The notes under the pieces are model-generated. The model did no database searches. It worked only from the letters and a program-made list of their open reading frames with translations, and was not told where the DNA came from. A stretch of 64,000 nt of DNA from an uncultured virus (IMG/VR IMGVR_UViG_3300031787_000018) (lineage: Duplodnaviria > Heunggongvirae > Uroviricota > Caudoviricetes). The stretch covers positions 62,001-126,000 of the IMG/VR virus record IMGVR_UViG_3300031787_000018; one strand, written 5' to 3'. Position numbers and translations under genes: made by a program. The first letter of the stretch is position 1. Every line of letters begins with the position of its first letter. Below are positions 8,698 to 17,870 of this stretch, in pieces.

Positions 8698-9057
8698 ATG
8701 AAACTATTAGATAAATTTTATTACGAACCTATTTTGGGTTTATTTCACCTATCAGGTATTGAAAGAATTATTAATGTATTTGTTATTTTATCGATTGGGG
8801 CTTTTGTTGGTGCCAACAATGTAGATTTACTAAATAAAGTTAACCCCATTGAACAAATTGGTATTTGGTATATAGTACCTTTTTTAGTTTTAAGTTATAT
8901 AATAATGGAACCTATGATAAACTTAACACCAAAAACAGAAAAAAAAAGTTTTTCTTATTTTGTGATAAATGTTTTATCAATTTTGGTTACCATGTTAGTA
9001 TTTGAGTTTATTTACAAATTGTTGTTAATCGTTTTTTTAGACTATTTTTTCAAATAA
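8698..9057 (+). CDS. Membrane protein, about 3 TM segments
   Basis: Hydrophobic stretches; ATG at 8698 preferred to the TTG at 8650. Confidence 0.7.
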   Translation: MKLLDKFYYEPILGLFHLSGIERIINVFVILSIGAFVGANNVDLLNKVNPIEQIGIWYIVPFLVLSYIIMEPMINLTPKTEKKSFSYFVINVLSILVTMLVFEFIYKLLLIVFLDYFFK

Positions 9058-9110
9058 CATGTGACTTTTTATGAATTTTTAATATTTATATAAAGATAAA
9101 TTATATTAAT

Positions 9111-10652
9111 ATGAATTCATTATATAAACTACTAGAAGAAACAGTACTACTAGAAGGTCGTAAAGAACAAGTTATGGCCAAATACCCTGATGTGGATAAA
9201 GAAGTTATAGAATTTATTTCACAAAATGACCCTTCAGGTAATAATAAATATTTAGATTGGGCTGTCAAACAAGTTAAAGAAGGTGGAGACAAAGCTGATG
9301 TGGTATATTTGGTAAACAAATATCACCAAAACTTAAGTCTGATAAACACTGACCTAATAAAAGATTATCTTGAAACTTATGACACACCTATTGAAGACAA
9401 ATTAAAAAAATCAGCAAAAGATATTAATATATTTCCGGATCTTGATGAATTAAGGGTTTTTGCCGAATTTTTAGGAAGATACTCTGCCAAATCCAAAGAA
9501 GAAAAAGAAATAAAAAGTGAAGGTGATAAAGTTTTTGAAAATAAAGATTTAACTGTTGTATCACCAAGAACTCACAGAGCTTCTTGTAAATATGGTGTAC
9601 ACAGTGCATGGTGTGTTGCTACAGCAAACACAAGTCATTTTGCTAATTATACAAAAGACGGTACTTTATATTTCTTCATTAGTAGAAAAGATTACCCTTA
9701 TACGGAATATTGGAAGGATAAAGACGGTGGTAACCCACCTTACAAAACAGCTTTATTATTGAAAGACAATGGTCAGGCTTCATGGTGGTCCAAGGGTGAT
9801 AGTAATTACGCTAATGGTTTAGACACTAATGATCCTAAATTATCACCTTTTTTCACTGAAAAAATTAAAAATGCGGTATTAGCTCACAACAGAGACGCGA
9901 TAAAAAATCGTAAACAAAGACAAATAGAAGATACTTTAAAAGCTAAAGGCTTTTATAAACCAGGTTATGGAGATAATAGTTTGAAGGACAATTTTGGTGG
10001 ATTTGTTCAATCTGGGATTTATTCAAAAGAACAATTGGTTTCAATAATAAAAAATGATAATTGGTTGGCTTTATATGAGAACTCAAATACTGGTAAAATC
10101 GTTCGTGAACAATTAGGTGGTGAAACTGTGTTTGGTTTGATAATTGAAATGTTAAGTTCTTTGGGTGTAGAAGATGTTCGTACAAAACTTAAAGACATGG
10201 AGGCACAAGATTTTTTCAGATCGGCAGTAACAAAACTAAGTGATGATGAAAATCGTCAAATAGCAAAACTTATTATCCAAAAACTTGGTGCAAAACCAAC
10301 ATCAAAAGACGTTGGTAATGATATTAAAATTTATGTTGACAAATGGACATTATCACCTGAAGGTTGGCGTACATATAACACAACTTCTAACTATTTTGTG
10401 GTAGGTGATATTGTTGGTGAAACAATAAAACCAATTCAAATGATAAAAGTTGATAGATTTAATCCAGCAGACCACAGTCAATTACAAGTTTCTTCTTGGG
10501 TAGCTAAAAACTCTAATTCTAAAATGTACGCTGTCACAACAGAAAAAGATTTATTAGACGATTATATTGGTAAAAACGTAGAATTACCTCCAGCAATACA
10601 AAAACTAGTATCCCAAAAAGCTAGTCAGGTGTGGCCAAAGGTAGATAAATAA
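9111..10652 (+). CDS. DPSGNNKYLDW / ASCKYG..WC paralog family protein with leader
   Basis: LLEGRKE leader; family motifs; AATATTTAT at 9081; terminator at about 10656-10680. Confidence 0.85.
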   Translation: MNSLYKLLEETVLLEGRKEQVMAKYPDVDKEVIEFISQNDPSGNNKYLDWAVKQVKEGGDKADVVYLVNKYHQNLSLINTDLIKDYLETYDTPIEDKLKKSAKDINIFPDLDELRVFAEFLGRYSAKSKEEKEIKSEGDKVFENKDLTVVSPRTHRASCKYGVHSAWCVATANTSHFANYTKDGTLYFFISRKDYPYTEYWKDKDGGNPPYKTALLLKDNGQASWWSKGDSNYANGLDTNDPKLSPFFTEKIKNAVLAHNRDAIKNRKQRQIEDTLKAKGFYKPGYGDNSLKDNFGGFVQSGIYSKEQLVSIIKNDNWLALYENSNTGKIVREQLGGETVFGLIIEMLSSLGVEDVRTKLKDMEAQDFFRSAVTKLSDDENRQIAKLIIQKLGAKPTSKDVGNDIKIYVDKWTLSPEGWRTYNTTSNYFVVGDIVGETIKPIQMIKVDRFNPADHSQLQVSSWVAKNSNSKMYAVTTEKDLLDDYIGKNVELPPAIQKLVSQKASQVWPKVDK

Positions 10653-10726
10653 TTGAGGGGGGTTGTAAAACCCCTTTTTTATTTTTATATTTGTTATAAT
10701 TAAAAAATTAATATAACATTGTAAAA

Positions 10727-11212
10727 ATGAAAATTGTAGAAGTCATTCTGTTATTGTCTTTATTACACGTTTTAATTTCGATGTTTTGTTGTATATCTAC
10801 AATTGAGATTGGAAAAAAATGGTATGAAAAAATATATTTGTTAATACCAGGTCTTAATTTTATTTGGACCTTATACACCTTAGATAGTGAAATTTCATTA
10901 TTAAAATTGGACAAATCTTATTTTGAATTAAAGTCTCAAATACACCAAAGACAAATAGTAGAATTACGTAATATCAACAAATCACCTAGAAAAATAAAGA
11001 TTGGTGATGGTATTGTTTACCCAAATAACGAAACTGTAAAAAATGAGGTCAGAGGTAAAATTGGTGTCATAGTGGAAATAAATGATGAAGGTGTTGTAGC
11101 TGAGATAGTTGATAGTGATACATATTGGACTACAAGTTGGGATGTTATATACGGTGATAACATTGTAATTATAGGTAATGATGTTTTAAAACCTTTTAAA
11201 TTTGTAAATTAA
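10727..11212 (+). CDS. Membrane-anchored protein with a C-terminal KIGD domain
   Basis: Two hydrophobic N-terminal segments; ends LKPFKFVN. Confidence 0.7.
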   Translation: MKIVEVILLLSLLHVLISMFCCISTIEIGKKWYEKIYLLIPGLNFIWTLYTLDSEISLLKLDKSYFELKSQIHQRQIVELRNINKSPRKIKIGDGIVYPNNETVKNEVRGKIGVIVEINDEGVVAEIVDSDTYWTTSWDVIYGDNIVIIGNDVLKPFKFVN

Positions 11213-11331
11213 ATGAACCCAAAAACAACTTTAAATCTTAAATTAACTTTTAAAATCATCAAAAAATTTTTAAAATTTGTTTGTAAACCTTTTTATTCTT
11301 ATATTTGTAACCGTATAGAAAAAAGGAAGTC

Positions 11332-11754
11332 ATGGTGAACAGGAAAGTTAGGTTTAATTACGATATATTAGAAGAATATAAGGCAGGTATTGTTTTAATA
11401 GGTTCTGAGGTTAAGTCTATTAAATCGGGTGATGTCAGTGTCGACGGGTCTTATTGCTTCTTCAAGGACGGTGAGTTGTTTATTAAAAATATGTACGTCA
11501 AACCATATGAAAGTTCAAGAAATGATTTAGACCCAAGACGTGATAGAAAATTACTTCTTAAAAAAAAAGAAATTAAAAAGTTACAAATAGCTCTTAGTGA
11601 AAAAGGTTTAACTATAATACCTTTGGCTTTAAAAAATGAAGGTAGAATAAAAGTTATAATTGGTGTTGGTAGAGGTAAAAAAATATACGATAAAAAAGAA
11701 ACAATAAAAGAACGTGATATAAAAAAACAATTAAAGAAAAATTATGAAATTTAA
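11332..11754 (+). CDS. smpB: SsrA-binding protein SmpB
   Basis: NRKVRFNY, AGIVLIGSEVKSIK, DPRRDRKLLL, GLTIIPL and GKKIYDKKETIKERD motifs. Confidence 0.95.
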   Translation: MVNRKVRFNYDILEEYKAGIVLIGSEVKSIKSGDVSVDGSYCFFKDGELFIKNMYVKPYESSRNDLDPRRDRKLLLKKKEIKKLQIALSEKGLTIIPLALKNEGRIKVIIGVGRGKKIYDKKETIKERDIKKQLKKNYEI

Positions 11755-12052
11755 CTTTACCGAAAAAAAATCAAAAGTAATACCTTTAGAAATGGTACCT
11801 AACATCACTTCAGTCTATAGTGAAGAAAATGAAAATGGTGATTTTTATGATTTTAGTGATGGTGCTTATATATCTGATAATGAAAAACAAAAATGGATTG
11901 AAGAAGTTATTGATTACTTAAATGAAAATCCTGATGAGGCATACTGTAACATATCTTGTGGTGGTTCTATGGTTATAGGTCTTAGAAGTATTGATAGTAT
12001 AGAAATAATTGTTATAAATTCTTATATGACAGCAACAATTGTAGAGGATTAA
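11744..12052 (+). CDS. Hypothetical protein
   Basis: 102 aa ORF overlapping the smpB stop. Confidence 0.7.
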   Translation: MKFNFTEKKSKVIPLEMVPNITSVYSEENENGDFYDFSDGAYISDNEKQKWIEEVIDYLNENPDEAYCNISCGGSMVIGLRSIDSIEIIVINSYMTATIVED

Positions 12053-12062
12053 AACTATTTAT

Positions 12063-12281
12063 ATGGAAAAAAGTAAAATGGAAAATTATAAAATTAAAGT
12101 TCAAATAACTTCTTTGGGTGATGATGTTGTTGGTGAATTTGAGGTCACAACCAAAGAATATGAAATGGTCAAAGAAACCACAGGTAGGGATTTGGTTAGT
12201 CAAGGAGTGGATTTGGTTTTAAATGATTTTAGAGAAATGAGAAAATCTAATCCACATCACCACACAAATAGGTTAGATTGA
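12063..12281 (+). CDS. Hypothetical protein
   Basis: 72 aa ORF in the gene train. Confidence 0.6.
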   Translation: MEKSKMENYKIKVQITSLGDDVVGEFEVTTKEYEMVKETTGRDLVSQGVDLVLNDFREMRKSNPHHHTNRLD

Positions 12282-12318
12282 AATTTATAAAAATTTTATT
12301 TACAATTAATAATAAAAA

Positions 12319-12540
12319 ATGTATACAATAAAATATGAAAAAGGTAATTTTTATCTTTACATTGACAACCTTAAAATGTATAGGGTAAAATACGATGAAA
12401 GATTAATAAGTATGTTGGAGGGTACATACGACAATTCTTTTCCAATTAAAAAAGATATGGTTGAGTTGAATACATTTGCTTTTGGTGATAAAAATTGGTT
12501 TGGTACGGAAAAAAGAGAAACACTTTATATATTAAAATAA
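12319..12540 (+). CDS. Hypothetical protein
   Basis: 73 aa ORF coupled to the next gene by TAATG. Confidence 0.6.
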   Translation: MYTIKYEKGNFYLYIDNLKMYRVKYDERLISMLEGTYDNSFPIKKDMVELNTFAFGDKNWFGTEKRETLYILK

Positions 12541-12842
12541 TGGAAAAACAAGTTGAAATCAGGTTGAAAAAATCTACAAGAAAAAAAGCCAAATGGGTGG
12601 TTATTTTTTTAAACAGTTTATTGACCATAGTTGGTGCATTCACTGGTAGTGTAGCATTACTAGTATTACCCGCGTTATTATTTTGGGTGTACGTTTTGTT
12701 AGATAAATTTAACCCACTAACAAAAAATACTGATATCAGTAAGATAGTAAGAAAAGATGTAAAAGTTAAAAACAAAAAAACAAAGCTGGTTGAAACAAAA
12801 GAAAATAATTTTTATGATAATTCACACGAAAGTGGGTATTAA
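12540..12842 (+). CDS. Membrane protein
   Basis: ATG at 12540; two hydrophobic segments. Confidence 0.65.
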   Translation: MEKQVEIRLKKSTRKKAKWVVIFLNSLLTIVGAFTGSVALLVLPALLFWVYVLLDKFNPLTKNTDISKIVRKDVKVKNKKTKLVETKENNFYDNSHESGY

Positions 12843-12858
12843 TTAGTATATTTGTGAT

Positions 12859-13491
12859 ATGAAATTAAGTATAACAAACAAATTTATCAAATCATTTGCT
12901 GAAATGATTAATCGTCAAACAGTTTTATGGAAAACTTGGGATTTTTTACGTTATGAAATGCCAAACTTTTTCAAAAACGTTTGGTTATTTAGAAAAGCAT
13001 TATTCCAATATCGTTGGTATGGATATAATGGTGTTCTTATGTTTATGGAAACATCAATTGGTGACATGGCAAAAAACATAGACATAAAAGGTAATGAAGT
13101 TGATAGTTCCAGAAAGAAAAAAGTGGACAAAATGATTACCGCTCAATATATTTTAGATAGATTTATCAAAGATGATTTTGTTGAGTTGGCAGAAAAAGAA
13201 TTAGGGGTTTTACCTGATAGACCTTTACAATTTAAACCTTGTGAAGATAGACCTGGTTATTACGAAATGGTTGATGATGATACTCCTGAAGAAAAAGAAC
13301 TTAGAAAAAAAGTTTATGAAAGGTCACGTCAAATTGAAAAACAAATGTGGGAACAACTATGGGAAATTTTTAAAGGACAGGATTTTGATAAGTTTAAAGA
13401 TGCACCCGAAAATATCACCGATTGGGATGAACAATACAAATATTGGGATGAACAATTTGATGGTTCTGGTCTAAAAGGATGGTGGGATTAA
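12859..13491 (+). CDS. Hypothetical protein
   Basis: 210 aa; TATATTTG promoter element just upstream; ends GWWD. Confidence 0.8.
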   Translation: MKLSITNKFIKSFAEMINRQTVLWKTWDFLRYEMPNFFKNVWLFRKALFQYRWYGYNGVLMFMETSIGDMAKNIDIKGNEVDSSRKKKVDKMITAQYILDRFIKDDFVELAEKELGVLPDRPLQFKPCEDRPGYYEMVDDDTPEEKELRKKVYERSRQIEKQMWEQLWEIFKGQDFDKFKDAPENITDWDEQYKYWDEQFDGSGLKGWWD

Positions 13492-13539
13492 TGGTGATTT
13501 TTATCACCATTAATTTTTTAAAATTTTTAATTTTGTGAT

Positions 13540-14082
13540 ATGAAAAAATTATTATTATCTTTATTATTACCCCTGAATTTATTCGCCACTGATTTTGTAT
13601 ATTTAGTCGGACAAGAATGGCCCAATAATAATATATCCGGAAATTACAGTTCAGATACAGTTCAGATAAGTGTTACAAATTTTGACAAATTAATTGTACG
13701 TAATGTCGCCACGTATGGTATTGGGTGTAGTATAAATGGGTTTATAGTAGATGGTATGGCACAGTCAGAGGCAAGATTATTTGATTTTACTAATGATAAC
13801 CTAAGTGACACCAAACAATTTGTATTTTTTGATGGTAATAATGTATTTGTTGTAAACGTATTAATTATTGACGTTATTACAAACGTTAGATATGTAAGAT
13901 TATTTAACCATCCAAACTTTAAGTCAGAACTACAAAACTCAAATGTATATGTCGTTGATATATTTGGTAATATTATCTACATGGGTGATGGAAATAAATT
14001 AGATATCATCAACATATCTGACTATGGTATTGGTATGTATATATTGATGATTAACAATAAAAAAATTAAAATTATAAAATAA
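13540..14082 (+). CDS. Secreted protein with a T9SS type-A CTD-like tail
   Basis: Signal peptide MKKLLLSLLLPLNLFA; C-terminal VYVVDIFGNII...INISDYGIGMYILMINNKKIKIIK. Confidence 0.65.
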   Translation: MKKLLLSLLLPLNLFATDFVYLVGQEWPNNNISGNYSSDTVQISVTNFDKLIVRNVATYGIGCSINGFIVDGMAQSEARLFDFTNDNLSDTKQFVFFDGNNVFVVNVLIIDVITNVRYVRLFNHPNFKSELQNSNVYVVDIFGNIIYMGDGNKLDIINISDYGIGMYILMINNKKIKIIK

Positions 14083-14164
14083 CGGTTGATGATAAACAAT
14101 CGTTTTAATGTTGTTTATCATTTGTTATATTCAGTTTTTATTAGTATATTTGTAAAAAAATAAA

Positions 14165-14464
14165 ATGATTAAAGAAATTAAAAAATGGGTATTGTTTAAT
14201 ATTTTGAAAGGTAAAGCACATCTTTTAAGATTCAAACATTTTTTAAAAACAGGAAGAGACATTGAAATGTTACCACCACCACAAAAAGATTATGCTAGAG
14301 CTTATTTTTTTGAAATAGAAAATGGTGATTATGTTTTAAAACATCATGAAATTCCGTCAAATTTCATAGAAAAGTTCCACGAAGACTTCAATAACAAAAA
14401 TGGTAAGTTAATGGGTTTAACAAGGGAACAAGTGGTTAGATGGGTTGTAGAAAATAAAAATTGA
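14165..14464 (+). CDS. Cassette 1 hypothetical protein
   Basis: 99 aa ORF inside 14124-14471 with its own TATATTTG promoter element. Confidence 0.75.
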   Translation: MIKEIKKWVLFNILKGKAHLLRFKHFLKTGRDIEMLPPPQKDYARAYFFEIENGDYVLKHHEIPSNFIEKFHEDFNNKNGKLMGLTREQVVRWVVENKN

Positions 14465-14521
14465 ATATAACGATACTCAGATATATTTCAGGTTTCTGAT
14501 ATTTATATATAAAACAAAATT

Positions 14522-14770
14522 ATGAGCAAAGAAATGAGAAAATACATAGACACTTTCAAACAGAGACTAACTGAATCAGAAAACTTGAATATATCTGATG
14601 TTAGTGATAGTGAGTTATTCACTTTACAAGATATAAAAGACGCTATTACAATAGCGTTCAGATGGGGAAAACCTATTGGTTGGGGCGAAGGTCCTGAAAA
14701 ATTTGATGAGGAGGAAAAGAATGTCTTTAACGAGATTATCAAGGAATTAAGAATTAGGAAAAGTGAATAA
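14522..14770 (+). CDS. Cassette 2 protein, N-terminus encoded inside the preceding hairpin
   Basis: GATATTTAT at 14498; MSKEMRKYIDTFKQRLTE leader; crosses GTTA at 14600. Confidence 0.7.
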   Translation: MSKEMRKYIDTFKQRLTESENLNISDVSDSELFTLQDIKDAITIAFRWGKPIGWGEGPEKFDEEEKNVFNEIIKELRIRKSE

Positions 14771-14856
14771 ACTAATTATCACTAACGTTTGCAAATATGA
14801 GAAGTAAATTTTTCCTCTAAGATTTGGTAATCTAAAATTTATTTCTTATATTTGTT

Positions 14857-14959
14857 GTTATAAGTAGTGTGTGGGTGATTAACCCCGCATCGGAAGATTA
14901 ACTAATAGTGGTGAAAATCCACAGCGGGGTCAATGTCATCTACACACATTACTTATAAC
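14857..14959 (+). ncRNA. Cassette 3: ORF-less structured RNA
   Basis: Nested helices including ACCCCGC/GCGGGGT and GTGG-TGAAAAT-CCAC; TTTG-N20-TATATTTG promoter at 14823-14854. Confidence 0.55.
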
Positions 14960-15024
14960 GGTTTCGGGCTTTGCGTTCGGCAGGGCTTATGGAAACGGAT
15001 TTATCAACTTAAAAATAAATAACA

Positions 15025-15312
15025 ATGGAAAACGAAAACTTAAATTTGAACGAAACCCCTGCTGACGCAAAACCCGTGTTAGGCGATGTTTTCCCTTCGG
15101 GTGGAATTGACCTTGTTGGGTACAATGTAGAATATTGGGTAAGAAGTCCAAAAGCAACTTTTTTAGCTAAAGGCTTAATTGTGTCTTACAGCAAAAAGGG
15201 CAAACATGGGAAAGGGTCTTATTCGGGTGGTGTTTATGTAATTAGATGCGGTAAAAGGACGTTTTCAAAGAGAAGATGTGAATTTACGGTGGTGTCTAAA
15301 AATATCGCCTAA
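15025..15312 (+). CDS. Cassette 4 protein, N-terminus encoded inside the preceding hairpin
   Basis: 95 aa; crosses GTTA at 15078; its stop is the TAA of the closing TAAC. Confidence 0.7.
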   Translation: MENENLNLNETPADAKPVLGDVFPSGGIDLVGYNVEYWVRSPKATFLAKGLIVSYSKKGKHGKGSYSGGVYVIRCGKRTFSKRRCEFTVVSKNIA

Positions 15313-15359
15313 CTATTATATATAAACAAGTATAGGTTAAACCATTTAAAATCAATTAA

Positions 15360-16161
15360 ATGAACCAAAAAATTATAAAGATTTGCGAAGAAAAGTTTAT
15401 ATACTTAAATTACTCTCCTCGAACAAAAGATAATTATTTAAGTCACATTAAAGACTTCCTAAAATCTCTGGGAGATAAACAAGTCATTCATTGTAATTCA
15501 AAAGATTTCCAATCTTACTTAGATAACTACAAATTTACCTCTATTTCACAACAAAACCAAGTTATTAACTCAATCAGATTTCTCTACAAATTCGGTCTAA
15601 ATAAGAAATACGATAAAGTATCTTTCAAACGACCCAAGTCAGAAAAGAAGTTACCAAAAGTAATTGATAATGATTACATTATAGAGTGTCTATCGAAGAT
15701 AAATAATTTGAAGCATAAATCAATATTATCTTTGTCGTATTCGGTTGGTTTGAGGGTTTTCAGAAGTTGTTAATCTTAAGATAGAAGACATTGATTCTAA
15801 AAGAATGATAATCCATATCAAAAACGCTAAAGGTAGAAAAGATAGGGTAGTCCCCCTTTCTCAGAACATCTTAGAATTATTAAGAAGTTATTACAAAGAG
15901 TTTAGGCCAATTGATTTTTTATTTAATGGTCAAAATAACTTAAAATATAGTACTGGCAGTTGTAACCAAATTGTTAAAAAATACTTAGGTGAAAAATATC
16001 ACATTCACCAATTAAGACATAGTTGTGCAACAAACCTATTGGAGAATGGTACAGACCTAAAATTAATTCAAAAAATATTAGGTCATTATTCAGTTAAAAC
16101 TACAGAAATATATACACATGTCTCAAATCAATTATTGTCAAAGGTAAATCTTCCTATTTAA
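15360..16161 (+). pseudogene. Tyrosine recombinase (N-terminal SAM-like plus catalytic domain) split by a +1 T frameshift
   Basis: YSPRTKDNYL; YSVGLRV then SEVVNLK once one T is removed from GGGTTTT at 15754-15760; KGRKDR, HQLRHSCAT and LGH..VKTTEIYTH. Confidence 0.9.
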
Positions 16162-16197
16162 TTTTGCCACCAAATAGATAATCACTATATTTGTTAT

Positions 16198-16446
16198 ATG
16201 AAAAATACATTATTAGTTTTATTAGGTTTATTTCTGATGTCAACCACGGTTGTGACTGTAAATAAAATGTCAGACAGAAGTAAGGAACAAAAGGTTATTC
16301 TAGGAAGAAATCTTAACCAATTAAAGGTTGAAATACAAGATAACTTTAAATTAGGTTATCGTGTTGTGGCTATGGTTAATCAAAACCAAGACACTTATAG
16401 CAATTCATCACCAAACGATGAGATAATGGTTGTAATGGAAAAATAA
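16198..16446 (+). CDS. Small exported hypothetical protein
   Basis: Signal-like N-terminus; TATATTTG upstream. Confidence 0.7.
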   Translation: MKNTLLVLLGLFLMSTTVVTVNKMSDRSKEQKVILGRNLNQLKVEIQDNFKLGYRVVAMVNQNQDTYSNSSPNDEIMVVMEK

Positions 16447-16451
16447 TTATC

Positions 16452-16763
16452 ATGTCAACAAAATTCAAATTCAATAACGGTAATATGGCATTAGTATGTT
16501 CTTCTTGTGGGAGGATACTAAAAACAGGCGGTGAGTTTACAGAACAAGAATGGAGGTGTTTAAACGGTGAGGTAGATTTAGGTGATAAGTATTGTTCTGA
16601 TTGTGAAGATAATGTTAAACCTGAAGATAAAACTGGTGATAACATGATGTCAAATTTAGAACATATAAAAAATATTTTACCACATATTAGGAATGATGAA
16701 AATTTTCAGTTAAATTTGTTAAATAGTTTAATGAAAAAAATCAAAAATGATAAACAATCGTAA
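16452..16763 (+). CDS. Zn-ribbon-like hypothetical protein
   Basis: CSSC and CSDC pairs. Confidence 0.65.
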   Translation: MSTKFKFNNGNMALVCSSCGRILKTGGEFTEQEWRCLNGEVDLGDKYCSDCEDNVKPEDKTGDNMMSNLEHIKNILPHIRNDENFQLNLLNSLMKKIKNDKQS

Positions 16764-17160
16764 ATTTAAAACAAACTTATTAATAACAATTTTTAATTTC
16801 TTATTTGGAATAAGTTTGTTTGGTCAAAATAGTTATGTTGTACTAAAATATAGTAATATTAAAATAGTAACTCCTACCGATACAACAATACACAAGATAC
16901 AAAATTATTTTTATTTTAACGAATGTTCTTTTGTTATATCTTCACAATCAACAAGGGTTTATGATATTCTAATACCTTCTGTAAATGAATTTGATGTTAC
17001 AGGTGTTAGGGTATTACAAGATACTGGTGTGAAGTTGGAGGATGGTGGTGTGATTTATGAGGCACCAATGCATAAGAGACAAGTTGCAGTTTATTTTAGT
17101 GAAGGTTTAACCGAATTAAAAATAATGAGAAAAGATAAAACAGGTGTTATATTTTATTAA
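16747..17160 (+). CDS. Hypothetical exported protein
   Basis: Signal-like N-terminus, 137 aa. Confidence 0.65.
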   Translation: MINNRKFKTNLLITIFNFLFGISLFGQNSYVVLKYSNIKIVTPTDTTIHKIQNYFYFNECSFVISSQSTRVYDILIPSVNEFDVTGVRVLQDTGVKLEDGGVIYEAPMHKRQVAVYFSEGLTELKIMRKDKTGVIFY

Positions 17161-17162
17161 TT

Positions 17163-17432
17163 ATGACGTTAGAGGCACAATACAAAGAATTTAAAACAAA
17201 AAACCCAGATTCTGCTTTGACATTTGAAGAATGGTATGAAAGTAAGTTTTACAGGATTAATGAATTAATTGTTGAAAAATTAAAAGAGAAAAAACATGGT
17301 TTTAACATAGAACATATGTATCATTTTTTTTGTGGTGATTGTAAAGAATTATGGTCATTAAGTGAGTATAAACCAAGTAAAGATAAAATGTTAACTTGTC
17401 CACATTGTGGGTTTAAATCAAATATTATTTAA
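17163..17432 (+). CDS. Zn-ribbon-like hypothetical protein
   Basis: CGDC and CPHC pairs. Confidence 0.65.
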   Translation: MTLEAQYKEFKTKNPDSALTFEEWYESKFYRINELIVEKLKEKKHGFNIEHMYHFFCGDCKELWSLSEYKPSKDKMLTCPHCGFKSNII

Positions 17433-17582
17433 ATTTATGAAAGAAGTTATTGGAAAATCAAAGGTTAGTACTGCCTTAATATTAATGGGACCTATAGCTA
17501 AGGGATATAATCTTAGACTTAATCGTGTCAAAGAATTTAAAAAGGTACGTGAAATTGTGGAAAGTAAGTATAAAATCATAAA

Positions 17583-17870
17583 ATGGAATTAAAAAAGAAT
17601 ATATTACCTATAATTTTTAAGACCAAAGTTGGTGAGTTATACAAACCAATAGATAATTCTTGGGCTTATTGTTTAGATGATGGTTATAATCACTTTTTGG
17701 CCGGTACAGGATTTCCTAATGATGAACCACCACAAACTGTTATTATAGTTAAAGGTCCTTATTATTTAAAAAAGAAATGGATAGGCGATGTAATTTATGA
17801 TTTAAAATTTGTTACAGTTAAATGTCAAAAAGGATTATTACACGAAGTATTATATCATGGAGAAGATTAG
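17583..17870 (+). CDS. Hypothetical protein
   Basis: 95 aa ORF in the gene train. Confidence 0.65.
   Translation: MELKKNILPIIFKTKVGELYKPIDNSWAYCLDDGYNHFLAGTGFPNDEPPQTVIIVKGPYYLKKKWIGDVIYDLKFVTVKCQKGLLHEVLYHGED

Larger units (their letters stand above)
14077..15340 (+). mobile_element. Integron-like cassette array (4 attC-like hairpins, 4 cassettes)
   Basis: Alternating TAAC..GTTA imperfect hairpins (14080-14127, 14468-14603, 14783-14860, 14956-15081); each cassette start GTTAnnn is complementary to its own end nnnTAAC. Confidence 0.8.

Noticed and set aside
15360..16161. Canonical IntI or prophage integrase
   Set aside because: The IntI-specific insertion is absent, and there is no host-phage junction or att duplication nearby
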